From sequence record MN563784.1: a DNA stretch of 64,000 bases; one strand, written 5' to 3'. The notes beneath the pieces are model-generated. The model was not told the origin of the DNA. It saw nothing but the letters and a program-made list of their open reading frames with translations, and searched no databases. Below, piece by piece: positions 37,336 through 48,468 of the stretch (position 1 is the stretch's first letter; every line of letters starts with the position of its first letter). The translations under genes were made by a program, and so were the position numbers.

Positions 37336-38151
37336 ATGACTGAATCAACTACTTTTAGTTTTACCCCTAATCCACATCTAAAAGAAATATACGATAATTT
37401 TAAAAATAAATATCCTAAAAACAGTGTAATCTACGGTTGGATAAATAAAGAAAATAATAAATGGGGAATTACCGGTAATACGAAATATAATTCAATTACC
37501 GGTACTGGCCATAATGTTCAATACATTAATCATCTAATTTCTAGACTACTAGAAGAAGAACAACATTTTGAGAATACACGTATTGAAAGAGCATGGCTTA
37601 ATTTAATTGAGTCATATGAAGACAGTTATAAAAGCGATGTATCTCACTATACTAATCTGCCATTAAAAGCCACCTTACCAATTGGTAAGCTCAATGTATT
37701 TCAAATCGGAAGAGCACACTCAGATGAACTAGGTATGATTACACTAAAATCTGCCAATGTATCAGAAATCATTATTGAGTCTAAATCAGCTCTTGATGAA
37801 GCTCTTAATTCTATTGATTGCATTATTCATGAAAACATTAAAACTGATTTTAAAGTACTCATGCATGAATTTTATAAAAATGAACCATATAGGCCTGATT
37901 GGTTAAAAGAAAATGGTACATGCAAATTTATTCAATCAACCTTTAACATTGGTTCATCATTTGATTTAATTTACTATGGATGGAAGTGGGAAGGTGTAAC
38001 CAGAATTAAAACAAGTGATCGAGATGCAGCTGATATGCTGTATTCTGGTATTATTATTAATACATCAAAATTAGTTAATGATCCAGATAATGAACCGTTA
38101 TTTGAACAATTAGTTAATGTATGTGAAGTATCAACTGCTAAAGTAAAATAA
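37336..38151 (+). CDS. Hypothetical protein
   Basis: 271 aa after early promoter. Confidence 0.75.
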   Translation: MTESTTFSFTPNPHLKEIYDNFKNKYPKNSVIYGWINKENNKWGITGNTKYNSITGTGHNVQYINHLISRLLEEEQHFENTRIERAWLNLIESYEDSYKSDVSHYTNLPLKATLPIGKLNVFQIGRAHSDELGMITLKSANVSEIIIESKSALDEALNSIDCIIHENIKTDFKVLMHEFYKNEPYRPDWLKENGTCKFIQSTFNIGSSFDLIYYGWKWEGVTRIKTSDRDAADMLYSGIIINTSKLVNDPDNEPLFEQLVNVCEVSTAKVK

Positions 38152-38187
38152 GTGTATTATTTTTAATAAATGAAGAGGTTAGAAAAA

Positions 38188-39009
38188 ATGACTCAATTTA
38201 ACATCACCTGGGAAGAACAACTCCAAGCCCTATCTAAGCTAGATGGTTTACATCATCCACATAAATTAGAGGATATCTCCGTTCATTGGGTATTTAATCC
38301 AGTAGATATTTCAGTTTTTGTTACATGTGCGACCATGAGTAGTCATAACACCCACTATACTTTTAAACCGCAGTCAAGTCCAGATGATGCCATGGTGCGA
38401 GAATATGTACTATCTCGCATTATTGCCGATAATCTGAAATATGTTGATAATTTATATCTAGCGGCTGGTGCCGTTATTTGCGGTAATGACGAATACATTA
38501 GTGATGGTAATGTGATTGGAATTCATATCGCTGACGGCGTAGGAGGTAACAAGCTTATTCTACCAGTCATTGAATTTATGCCAGGCGTTCATGTTGATGA
38601 TATCAGTGATGAACTAATCGAGTCGTCATCTTATCAAGGTATTTTCAAAACAGATAACCTTGAAGAGTTTGAATTCCTTGTTGATAAGAAGAATGCAATT
38701 AATGTAAAAGAATTAATTCTAGCCCATACTGATTATTTCGCTAATAAGCTGGCCTTTAAAGATCCAGCTGAACCAGCTGTAGAAATGTATCAGTTTATTG
38801 ATCGGACTGAAGTATATTTTAGTTTCGAAGGATGTCATTCAGATGTTGAAGAAGTTCTATTTACTATTAAGATCACACGTTATAATCAACCGCTCAATTC
38901 AACCGCGATGCAAGTATTTTTGAAAAACCCGCTATTACCGCACATCCGGACCATCGTCCGGCAGGCCAATCCGACGCAACGGACGCGCGGTGTACTATTT
39001 AATTTTTGA
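38188..39009 (+). CDS. dip: Dip, RNase E/degradosome-inhibiting protein (gp37)
   Basis: MTQFNITWEEQLQALSKLDGLHHPHKLEDISVHW recognised as phiKZ Dip; 273 aa from ATG 38188 with SD gaggt. Confidence 0.9.
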   Translation: MTQFNITWEEQLQALSKLDGLHHPHKLEDISVHWVFNPVDISVFVTCATMSSHNTHYTFKPQSSPDDAMVREYVLSRIIADNLKYVDNLYLAAGAVICGNDEYISDGNVIGIHIADGVGGNKLILPVIEFMPGVHVDDISDELIESSSYQGIFKTDNLEEFEFLVDKKNAINVKELILAHTDYFANKLAFKDPAEPAVEMYQFIDRTEVYFSFEGCHSDVEEVLFTIKITRYNQPLNSTAMQVFLKNPLLPHIRTIVRQANPTQRTRGVLFNF

Positions 39010-39256
39010 GAAATTCATTACTTTAATAGACTGTATTTCTCTTATTTATCTCTTTTCTTCTAAAAAGAAAATTATATAAATAGTATATTATGTGGGGGGG
39101 ACCCTTTGGGGGGGTCCCATATAATATTCCTTATTATTAGAGAAGGGGTATAACCCATCCTTAGTTCGAGAATCTATTACTTTTAGTAATAAGGGATTGG
39201 CTATAAAAAGCCAATACCGTTTAATTTGAAAATAGAAAAATTGGAAAAAATGAAAA

Positions 39257-39769
39257 ATGACTGAACAGAAAGATTACACTCTAGTACGTACTCCACTAAC
39301 TCATGATGAACTAAAGAAAGCATTTAAAGAAGATAACATTCATGCATCTGATGTTCAACTAGATAGGTTAGTTAAGTTATCTGAAGAAGTATGCAGTGTT
39401 AAAGGTAATTATAACATTCGTCCTTTAGCTAACTCAAAAGGAATGGTATTTGAATTCACCAACAAAGATGGTGAGATCATTGCACTAATTCCTTTTGATA
39501 TTTCAAAAGAACGTAAAAATGCCAAAATCCCAAAAACGAAATGGCTTACTGAACTTCTAAACGTTTATCGTTATAAAGTTAGTAAGATTGAAGTTAAGAA
39601 TGTACTTAACATGATTATTGATTGTGTTAAGTCTGGTGGTACTTGGCAAACATACATGTGTCGAGATAAGATGGTAATCGAATTTAAATCTGATACTGGT
39701 AAAGTGGTTAATGAATTAATTGTTCATCAAGAACGAACTCATGAAGAGATCGTTACTTTTAAGCACTGA
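39257..39769 (+). CDS. Hypothetical protein
   Basis: 170 aa. Confidence 0.75.
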   Translation: MTEQKDYTLVRTPLTHDELKKAFKEDNIHASDVQLDRLVKLSEEVCSVKGNYNIRPLANSKGMVFEFTNKDGEIIALIPFDISKERKNAKIPKTKWLTELLNVYRYKVSKIEVKNVLNMIIDCVKSGGTWQTYMCRDKMVIEFKSDTGKVVNELIVHQERTHEEIVTFKH

Positions 39770-39819
39770 TACCATTTACAAGTTGGTATATGAATTTATA
39801 TTAAACACAATGAGGTGTA

Positions 39820-40803
39820 ATGATGTCTAAAGTAAAAACTCGAATTTACTTTTGTGGTGGTGCTGGTTTCCGTATTGGTGAACTATTCCATGGTTATCAT
39901 GAGGATGTTTGCTACATTGATACCAGTGTACAAAATAAACACAAACACAATACTGACGATAATACGATCATTATTGAAGCGGATACTAAGCTAGCTGACC
40001 AGACCGCACGTAAACGTGCTATCGGTATGGGTAAAGATCGTAAGGCAGCCGCAGAACTAATCTCTTCACACATTCCTGCCATTGCCCATCATTTCCCAGC
40101 AGGGGATGCTAACATTGTAGTGTATTCAATGGGTGGTGCTTCTGGTTCAACTATTGGTCCTTCCCTTGTCAGTCATCTACAACAACAAGGTGAAGTAGTT
40201 GTAAGTGTGGTCATTGGATCTTACGACAGTGATATTAGTCTTCGAAATAGTAGTGGTAGCCTTAAGACGTTTGAAGGGGTTTCCTCTGTTAGTAAAGTTC
40301 CGATGATTATTAACTATCATGAGAATGTTGAAGGTGTACCGCAGTCAATGGTGAACCAAAACATTCTTGAAGTACTAGATGCACTAGTAACTCTATTTAA
40401 TCAAGAACACCAAAGTCTTGATCTAATGGATATCACTAACTGGGCACACTTCCATAAACACCATGATGTACCTGTACAGACTGTCCAATTACACGTGTGT
40501 TTTGATCGTCAAGAAGCCCAGGCTATTCTGGACCCAATTTCTATTGCTTCGCTATACACTGACCCTGATCGCGAAGTATCCATTAACACTGTTTTAACTC
40601 GTACCACTGGTTATGCTGATCCCGAGAAATATGATTTCGATCAAATGCATTTTGTGATCACTAGTCTATCTGTTGAAGATATTCGTAAACGATTAGAAGA
40701 ACGTCGTGAAATGATGAATCGAGCCAAAGCTAATATGCGTAAGCGTCAGTCTACTCTAGATGTGGATGACCAAGCAACTAGTAGTGGTCTTGTATTCGAT
40801 TAA
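39820..40803 (+). CDS. phuZ: PhuZ phage tubulin
   Basis: CGGAG, tubulin signature variant SMGGASGS, C-terminal SSGLVFD tail; 327 aa. Confidence 0.95.
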   Translation: MMSKVKTRIYFCGGAGFRIGELFHGYHEDVCYIDTSVQNKHKHNTDDNTIIIEADTKLADQTARKRAIGMGKDRKAAAELISSHIPAIAHHFPAGDANIVVYSMGGASGSTIGPSLVSHLQQQGEVVVSVVIGSYDSDISLRNSSGSLKTFEGVSSVSKVPMIINYHENVEGVPQSMVNQNILEVLDALVTLFNQEHQSLDLMDITNWAHFHKHHDVPVQTVQLHVCFDRQEAQAILDPISIASLYTDPDREVSINTVLTRTTGYADPEKYDFDQMHFVITSLSVEDIRKRLEERREMMNRAKANMRKRQSTLDVDDQATSSGLVFD

Positions 40804-40811
40804 CCTATACT

Positions 40812-40842
40812 GGAGCCCTTCGGGGCTCCTTTTATTTTTTTT
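40812..40842 (+). terminator. Intrinsic terminator, UUCG loop
   Basis: ggagccc-ttcg-gggctcc-ttttatttttttt. Confidence 0.9.
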
Positions 40843-40857
40843 GTAACGAGGTGTAAT

Positions 40858-41340
40858 ATGAAGCCAGTAAATACAGTTACTTATATTCCTTTGCATGTAG
40901 CTGAATCATTTTATTCCCCTAGAAATATGATCTGTCTACTGGAGAAAGGTAGAGTCCCACTTTATTCAGCAAAACATCTTAATTATTTACGTATCAATGT
41001 TGATGACATTGAGGATTATGTTGATTCTTCTTATGATCTATTTGATCATCGGCATGCACAACGTATTATTTCCTTCTGTGAAGCTCTTGGTAAGGGTCAA
41101 CACCTATTCGTACACTGTGAGGCAGGTATTAGCCGATCGGCTGCTGTAGCTAAGTTTCTGTGCGATAAAATGGGATTCATTCATGTACCGCATAATCCAT
41201 CTTTATTTAATTTTGATGGTTACAATGGTCACATTTATGGAGTTTTATGTAATGCTAAAGCAGGGAAGCTTTATTATGACGATAGAGCCGATGGTATTTT
41301 TATGGGTAAAGTAAATCAGAATTTTGCAGATATTAAATAA
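40858..41340 (+). CDS. Cys-based (CX5R) phosphatase, dual-specificity-like
   Basis: VHCEAGISRSAAVA P-loop and upstream LRINVDD acid loop. Confidence 0.75.
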   Translation: MKPVNTVTYIPLHVAESFYSPRNMICLLEKGRVPLYSAKHLNYLRINVDDIEDYVDSSYDLFDHRHAQRIISFCEALGKGQHLFVHCEAGISRSAAVAKFLCDKMGFIHVPHNPSLFNFDGYNGHIYGVLCNAKAGKLYYDDRADGIFMGKVNQNFADIK

Positions 41341-41379
41341 CTAGCGATAATTAATAATCTGTATATTAGGAGATAACCG

Positions 41380-41853
41380 ATGGCAAAGAACACTGCTAAA
41401 AAGCTCGACGAGCAAATGGCAGCTGAACTTGATCTGACGTTATCTCCGTTTACTATGGTTCTGAAACACGTAGTTCGTCTCCCCAACATAGTTGAGGGAT
41501 TTATCTTTGTAATGGTTAAGGATGGAATTATTAGCTATGATCGGGTAGACAAATGGGCTGAAGTAAACGGGATGCGTTTGCGAGTTCCTCGTTTCAAATC
41601 GCATTCGGTTATTGAGAAGCGGTTAAACGATAAGCTGTATAGACGTTGGTATGTTTGGGGGAATGGTATTTTATATCCATTACAAACATCCAAGGTTGAA
41701 GATTTAAAAGATAATTTCTATTTCAAGATTGACAGTAACCCCCACTGTTGTACCATCCACATTCCAAATATTGATGCAGACAGTATACGAAATAATACAT
41801 TACCATTTTTCGAAAGAGTCCACCCTGGATGGGGTGTTATATTAACTAATTGA
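41380..41853 (+). CDS. Hypothetical protein
   Basis: SD aggag; 157 aa. Confidence 0.75.
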   Translation: MAKNTAKKLDEQMAAELDLTLSPFTMVLKHVVRLPNIVEGFIFVMVKDGIISYDRVDKWAEVNGMRLRVPRFKSHSVIEKRLNDKLYRRWYVWGNGILYPLQTSKVEDLKDNFYFKIDSNPHCCTIHIPNIDADSIRNNTLPFFERVHPGWGVILTN

Positions 41854-42182
41854 GATTTACGTATATGCTATTATTGATTGATTATCCTGAGGTTAAGGAA
41901 CTGGCAGATTATGTAATGTCTGAATTTGAACAATATCCTAAATTAGTTAGTGGTTCTATTCTTTCACTTGAACACCACACTAAAGGATCATTTGATTTTA
42001 TCTGGAGATATGACGGATGTGTTGATATTAGATATAAAAATCATATCTGTGGGACTATTACATTTATGGGTTCATATCCAACTTATTTAACTTATAAAAA
42101 TGTTATTACCATCAATGTCCAAGATATGATTATTTCATTAACAGATATCGAGAAATCATTATGTCAACAGTTGCTCAGTTAA
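41850..42182 (+). CDS. Hypothetical protein
   Basis: 110 aa, TTG start uncertain. Confidence 0.55.
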   Translation: MRFTYMLLLIDYPEVKELADYVMSEFEQYPKLVSGSILSLEHHTKGSFDFIWRYDGCVDIRYKNHICGTITFMGSYPTYLTYKNVITINVQDMIISLTDIEKSLCQQLLS

Positions 42183-42448
42183 GTATTTATGTAAAACAGT
42201 TTGTTCGTCTTAATCTTAAAGATGAGGATGTTATTTTAGCCGATGGCGAGAAATGGAATATTTTTGTTTTAAATAAAAATAAACTATTGATCCGTGATAG
42301 TGATCGAATAGCAGTTACAACTATCGATTATGATTCATTCGGTAAGATTATTAAGATTGATCATTCTGATTTTGTCAATAGTTCCATGGCAACTGATAAG
42401 GCATATGAGGTATTAAAAACATATATAGCTCATCGCTATGGGGTTTAA
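42161..42448 (+). CDS. Hypothetical protein
   Basis: 95 aa. Confidence 0.6.
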   Translation: MSTVAQLSIYVKQFVRLNLKDEDVILADGEKWNIFVLNKNKLLIRDSDRIAVTTIDYDSFGKIIKIDHSDFVNSSMATDKAYEVLKTYIAHRYGV

Positions 42449-42453
42449 TAAAT

Positions 42454-42488
42454 ATTTAAATACATTTAAAGGCTATATTACAAACATG
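42454..42488 (+). promoter_or_regulatory. Early promoter
   Basis: atttaaatacatttaaaggcTATATTAC (42474-42481). Confidence 0.7.
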
Positions 42489-42515
42489 ATAATAATCCAT
42501 GTTAAAGGAATAATC

Positions 42516-42743
42516 ATGAATAGCCTTGCATATAAAACAACTGTTGTATTCGGTAAGACATATCGCGTAACAGGTAACAAAGCATTTATATCCATTCTAG
42601 ATTCACGTGGCAATATTTGCTTTGAATTAAATATCGTTGAAAAGAAAGCATGTCAACCGTGTAATAACTTTAGACGGTATTGTTCAGGTATTGGTATTGC
42701 ACCTGGTGATCTCATCAAAAAGATTCTCAACAGTATTAATTGA
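42516..42743 (+). CDS. Hypothetical protein with CxxC
   Basis: Start moved to ATG 42516 (SD aagga, downstream of the promoter). Confidence 0.6.
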   Translation: MNSLAYKTTVVFGKTYRVTGNKAFISILDSRGNICFELNIVEKKACQPCNNFRRYCSGIGIAPGDLIKKILNSIN

Positions 42744-42800
42744 TGATGGGTTATACCAGTATGTTTTTAAATATAGTGTTATTTAGATATTATCTTAATG

Positions 42801-42850
42801 GCATAAGCCCTCCCGCAATGGGAGGGCATTATGTCTTTTTTTTTTATTTT
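42801..42850. terminator. Terminator between convergent genes; twin of 33098-33130
   Basis: gcataagccctccc-gcaat-gggagggcattatg then a long T run. Confidence 0.8.
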
Positions 42851-42853
42851 TTT

Positions 42854-43663
<810 letters not shown>

Positions 43664-43790
43664 CTATAATGCGCTGTACGCGTTTTTTCGATGGAGATAA
43701 TACCCAACTAAGGTATAATATACATCGGCTTACCACGAACAGATTTGACTAAAAATATTTTTAGATCTATATCATGTTCCTGAACATTTA

Positions 43791-44219
43791 ATGAGAGATT
43801 GTACTGTGACTACTCCCCAAGTAGCTGACCTGTATGTAATAGATGTAACGAGGGTGATAGCCAAGTTAGTACCAAGATCGCCAAAAGAGCTAATAAATGC
43901 TCGTTTAGCAATTAGGTGCCAAAGCTTTGGAATACATCCAGATGACTATGGTACATTAGAGCATATATTTAAATCAGTAGAGGACAGCTTAATTGATGAC
44001 TTCTTTAAATATTCTATTGACTCTTTTGAATTCATGTATACTACTGGATATAATCCAATAAATAACACCCCTCAAGAAATCCAATGGTTTCATGATAATC
44101 ATGAGGCCGCATCTGATCTTTGGGATATATTAAAAATTATACCTAGAGTAAATGCAGGTAAGTTTGTAATATTTTATCGGTTAAAGAACACAGTTTGGAT
44201 CGCTATTCCAAAAAATTAA
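43791..44219 (+). CDS. Hypothetical protein
   Basis: 142 aa after promoter variant TATATCAT at 43768; start uncertain. Confidence 0.65.
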   Translation: MRDCTVTTPQVADLYVIDVTRVIAKLVPRSPKELINARLAIRCQSFGIHPDDYGTLEHIFKSVEDSLIDDFFKYSIDSFEFMYTTGYNPINNTPQEIQWFHDNHEAASDLWDILKIIPRVNAGKFVIFYRLKNTVWIAIPKN

Positions 44220-44232
44220 TTGGAGAAATATA

Positions 44233-45306
44233 ATGTCGAATAAGCTCATTGTACTTGATACGCGCCACCAAGAAAAAGCAATATACGATTTACTAGGTCA
44301 GCTTACAGCTTCAGCTTCAATTGATGAAGCGATTGGGGTGAAATTGAGTAAAGATGTGGCTCAACAGTTTTTACATCTAATGGTTGAAAATATAGTAGAG
44401 AGTTTAGTTTCATATAAAACAGCCAAAGACCAGTACACCAATCTTAAGATGGCAGCAGCTATTTTTAATTGTGCTGTAACTGACGTAGATAGTAATAAAG
44501 TTGCTTGGGTAGAAAATCTAATGAAACTACCTTATCTAGAAACTATCTATCTAGATATCTATAAACAAGTAGCTAAATATATCGATAGCGGTACATGGAT
44601 CCAATGGGATGTAGTTAAAGCTGGTTCAGTTATAACTTTAATCAGTGGCAAAGATTATCGTATCGCGGAATATGATCGTGTCCATGGGATTGATAATGGT
44701 GATGATCATGCAGTGGTATCACTTAACCTACTGAACCCATTAAACTATTTATTTAGTGAATTTCTCCGTACATTCTTCCATGGCTTTGACAGAATTAATT
44801 TACAAACATTAGGTTATAGTATCTACGAATCTAGGCGTAAAACTCAGCTATCTCTTGCTAATGGTGGTAGCTATACTTTAAATAAAGACCACATCACCAC
44901 TAACCATGCATATAACATCGCAGTAGAATATATTCAAGAACAGTTAACTGCATTACTTATTGGTGTAATTGTTAAACAATATAGTAATATTAAAGTATCT
45001 TATCTAATACCTAAGGTTAACCATGATTTCTTTGCAAGTTTAGGACTTGATAATTTATTACTATTTGAAGAGAAATATATTAGCCCTCTAGTTAGTTCTA
45101 TTAACATGGCATATTTTTCAACCAGAATTGAGCATGACGTTAAGTATGAACTAGAGTATCATAGCTATGTAATTTCTGTATACAAGAATAAGAATGCAAC
45201 TTATCCTATTGAGAAATTAGTATTTGAATATCAACGTGGTGATTATTTACCTGATGATCAGCGAGCGCAAGCTGAGCGATACATTTTAGAAAATAATCTA
45301 TACTAA
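44233..45306 (+). CDS. Hypothetical protein
   Basis: 357 aa, SD ggag. Confidence 0.8.
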   Translation: MSNKLIVLDTRHQEKAIYDLLGQLTASASIDEAIGVKLSKDVAQQFLHLMVENIVESLVSYKTAKDQYTNLKMAAAIFNCAVTDVDSNKVAWVENLMKLPYLETIYLDIYKQVAKYIDSGTWIQWDVVKAGSVITLISGKDYRIAEYDRVHGIDNGDDHAVVSLNLLNPLNYLFSEFLRTFFHGFDRINLQTLGYSIYESRRKTQLSLANGGSYTLNKDHITTNHAYNIAVEYIQEQLTALLIGVIVKQYSNIKVSYLIPKVNHDFFASLGLDNLLLFEEKYISPLVSSINMAYFSTRIEHDVKYELEYHSYVISVYKNKNATYPIEKLVFEYQRGDYLPDDQRAQAERYILENNLY

Positions 45307-45355
45307 ATAAAGCCCTCCTTATGGGGGGCTTTATACCGATTATAAGGTTTTTATA

Positions 45356-45745
45356 ATGAACATATCTAATGATAAAGACACATCAATGTGTATCAGAATG
45401 GAAGTAAGATCTTTTGTACAAGATCAACATTCTGATATTTGGAAATCTATAAAAAATAGTATTGGTGCAGAATATGCATTAACAATTGTATTGGCAGCAG
45501 CGTCTGAGAGGGCATCGGGTAGCACATCTAATGATGTCATAGAACTAATTAATCAGATGCTGGGTTATAGGGATATTTGTGATATTAATTTAACAACTTA
45601 TCTGTATAATTGTTCTAACCGGGTAGTTCTACCATCAGCTGGTAACATCCAGTTAAATAGGGTTATTTATGATACTGAGAAACCAGAAGATCTATACGTC
45701 ACCATTACCCACACCACAACCTCGTTTTTTACTAAGAGCGACTAA
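45356..45745 (+). CDS. Hypothetical protein
   Basis: 129 aa. Confidence 0.65.
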   Translation: MNISNDKDTSMCIRMEVRSFVQDQHSDIWKSIKNSIGAEYALTIVLAAASERASGSTSNDVIELINQMLGYRDICDINLTTYLYNCSNRVVLPSAGNIQLNRVIYDTEKPEDLYVTITHTTTSFFTKSD

Positions 45746-46121
45746 AAGTAAACTTATTAAAGATGATAACTATCTAAGATTTGTATTGGACTTTTTAGAT
45801 ATTAGTTATATCGAAGCAATGCATTTGCTTGTTGCATTGGCAGAACAGAAGCTTATGCAAATGGTCGTTAAAGAAGAAATGTTCTATGAATATGCTAAAG
45901 ACATTCATTTCATGCATAAACTAATAGAACTTCTCGATGAGGGTGCTGAGCAGATCATGCACCTCATTCCAACAAATACTAAGGAACTGTGGTATGAAAC
46001 AGAAGCACGAGATGGATTGTACATCGGAGGAAGTACAACGTCTGGTATATGTATTGCCAATCGAAGTGGTATTCCCACAATTAATCACATTGATAAAGAA
46101 ATTTACTTACCTAACAAATAA
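45669..46121 (+). CDS. Hypothetical protein, start uncertain
   Basis: Overlaps both neighbours. Confidence 0.55.
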   Translation: MILRNQKIYTSPLPTPQPRFLLRATKSKLIKDDNYLRFVLDFLDISYIEAMHLLVALAEQKLMQMVVKEEMFYEYAKDIHFMHKLIELLDEGAEQIMHLIPTNTKELWYETEARDGLYIGGSTTSGICIANRSGIPTINHIDKEIYLPNK

Positions 46122-46452
46122 AGATGAAGCTACAGTCATCGTCTTATTAACTCAATGGGTTGTTAAGATGATGTCTAAATTACAACAGGATAATACGGTT
46201 ATTCCTTTTGTGGATATATCAATACAACTAGGAAATGGTCCAGATTGGGATGAGTTCATTAATTTGTTCTATACAACTGGAATCCAATTACTACATAGAA
46301 CACCGAAGAATTTAATAGACTATAAGTTCATTAGTGTAATAGATAACAAAGTTGTTCTATTAACTATAGTCACTGGTAAAGAGTGGAGTCAATATGCAAT
46401 TGTTGCTAATTTTGAAACCGCGTTCTTTTACGGAAGAGCTAGGTGTAGATGA
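45937..46452 (+). CDS. Hypothetical protein, start probably downstream of track start
   Basis: Only the part after about 46120 is non-overlapping. Confidence 0.5.
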   Translation: MRVLSRSCTSFQQILRNCGMKQKHEMDCTSEEVQRLVYVLPIEVVFPQLITLIKKFTYLTNKDEATVIVLLTQWVVKMMSKLQQDNTVIPFVDISIQLGNGPDWDEFINLFYTTGIQLLHRTPKNLIDYKFISVIDNKVVLLTIVTGKEWSQYAIVANFETAFFYGRARCR

Positions 46453-46828
46453 ACCGACTGACTTTGTACTGTGGTGTATCAATAGACTTCTAGCAGCATA
46501 TGTAGAATACTTTAACCACTGGCAGAGATTAGATTGGCCTACCTTTTTAGAGCAATGGTTAGAAGATTACTTAAGCGATACCTATATAGAACCAGATAGA
46601 CCGATGAGCATGATGGTATTTGATCATCAGGGAAATCCTAATACTATCAATTGGCACTTAAGATCTGCTGAGATTATCGAAAGGGTATTGGATTTATTTG
46701 GAACTGATTTCTTAGAGATAATCCAAAAACAAGTTATTCAAGCAGGTAATCTTATTACTAGTCTTAAATGTATAGAAGTAGATAAATATAAGATGGTAAC
46801 TAAATTAGTTATGAGGTCTCAAACATGA
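46394..46828 (+). CDS. Hypothetical protein
   Basis: 144 aa, SD ggag. Confidence 0.6.
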   Translation: MQLLLILKPRSFTEELGVDEPTDFVLWCINRLLAAYVEYFNHWQRLDWPTFLEQWLEDYLSDTYIEPDRPMSMMVFDHQGNPNTINWHLRSAEIIERVLDLFGTDFLEIIQKQVIQAGNLITSLKCIEVDKYKMVTKLVMRSQT

Positions 46829-47361
46829 TGCATCCACTTCTTTATAGACAACAAGAAATGCAGCGGATAAATGATGCTAATAACATAACTCCAGGCCAAC
46901 AAGGAATGACGAGTTTCGTAGTTATTAACATCAGTGATATCTGGCCCATTGTTAATAAAATGGCTGATGTAGTTGTCAATAAGTCTTACAATACTCCTTA
47001 CCCATATACTGAACACCAATCTATAGAACAGTTATGGTATCAGGCGATTAATGCATATATTGAATTTCTAGCACAACAGCCTACTCAACCAATTATAGGG
47101 GTTGACTATTATTTACAAGAATACTTTCCATCAGTAGCGCCTGTGATTATGCAAGATAAATATGCATTGAGTATTCTTAATATGTGGTTTGCAGCTGTGT
47201 GTAAAACACTGGCTAGTAAACTACAATCTGAAATAGCGTATCTTTATCAGAATGGATATGGTGTAGAAAGAATCCAATCAATAGCAGTTGATCAACATAA
47301 TCAAGGTTATATTCTAGAAGGTGAAGACTTTGGTATGGACTGCTACAATGATGTGGATTAA
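46825..47361 (+). CDS. Hypothetical protein
   Basis: 178 aa, SD gagg, ATGA overlap. Confidence 0.7.
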   Translation: MMHPLLYRQQEMQRINDANNITPGQQGMTSFVVINISDIWPIVNKMADVVVNKSYNTPYPYTEHQSIEQLWYQAINAYIEFLAQQPTQPIIGVDYYLQEYFPSVAPVIMQDKYALSILNMWFAAVCKTLASKLQSEIAYLYQNGYGVERIQSIAVDQHNQGYILEGEDFGMDCYNDVD

Positions 47362-47433
47362 GTGACACATATTAACAATTGACGTAAATAGGAAAGCCTA
47401 TCGGTTCACATAGGCTTCCTACTAGGAACCGAT

Positions 47434-47817
47434 ATGGAAAAACGAGTATTTATCGTATTTAAATCTAAAGAGTCAGAAATATATTCGCAACATTTGCTTC
47501 GTGAATATACAAAACGAATGATATATCCAGATTGTCCAACACCACTTGATTTATTTGAAGAATCACGTAAGTTAAGTTATATGGATACGCTTAATAATGA
47601 CATATATATCCATATGCTGATGTATGGACATGACTCATTTGATGATCCTGATGAAGATATTGAGTTAGAGAATTATTCTACTAAAGGATATGTTATTGAA
47701 TATTGTACCGACTTTATCAATAGCTTTAAAGAAAAATATCCAAATGGACATGTATTAATTACAGTGCCAATGGATACAAAAGGTCTGTTTGGTGTAGTTG
47801 TATTACTAGATGAGTAA
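47434..47817 (+). CDS. Hypothetical protein
   Basis: 127 aa, SD agga within a structured leader. Confidence 0.7.
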   Translation: MEKRVFIVFKSKESEIYSQHLLREYTKRMIYPDCPTPLDLFEESRKLSYMDTLNNDIYIHMLMYGHDSFDDPDEDIELENYSTKGYVIEYCTDFINSFKEKYPNGHVLITVPMDTKGLFGVVVLLDE

Positions 47818-47842
47818 TACCCTATGTAACCAACTATTTTAG

Positions 47843-48268
<426 letters not shown>

Positions 48269-48468
48269 CTATAAAGGAGCCATTATGGCTCCTTTTATGT
48301 TGTATTATTTTTACTTGCTTACATCATCTAATGTGAATGTAAGTTGATGTGCTACCTCTCAATTTAGGGTGCCCGTATAGGGTACCCATTCTTTCCTTTT
48401 CTTTTTTAGTTAAAGAGAGAGAAATCATTCACTATAATTAAAAATAAGTATACTGAGAGATATGTGAA

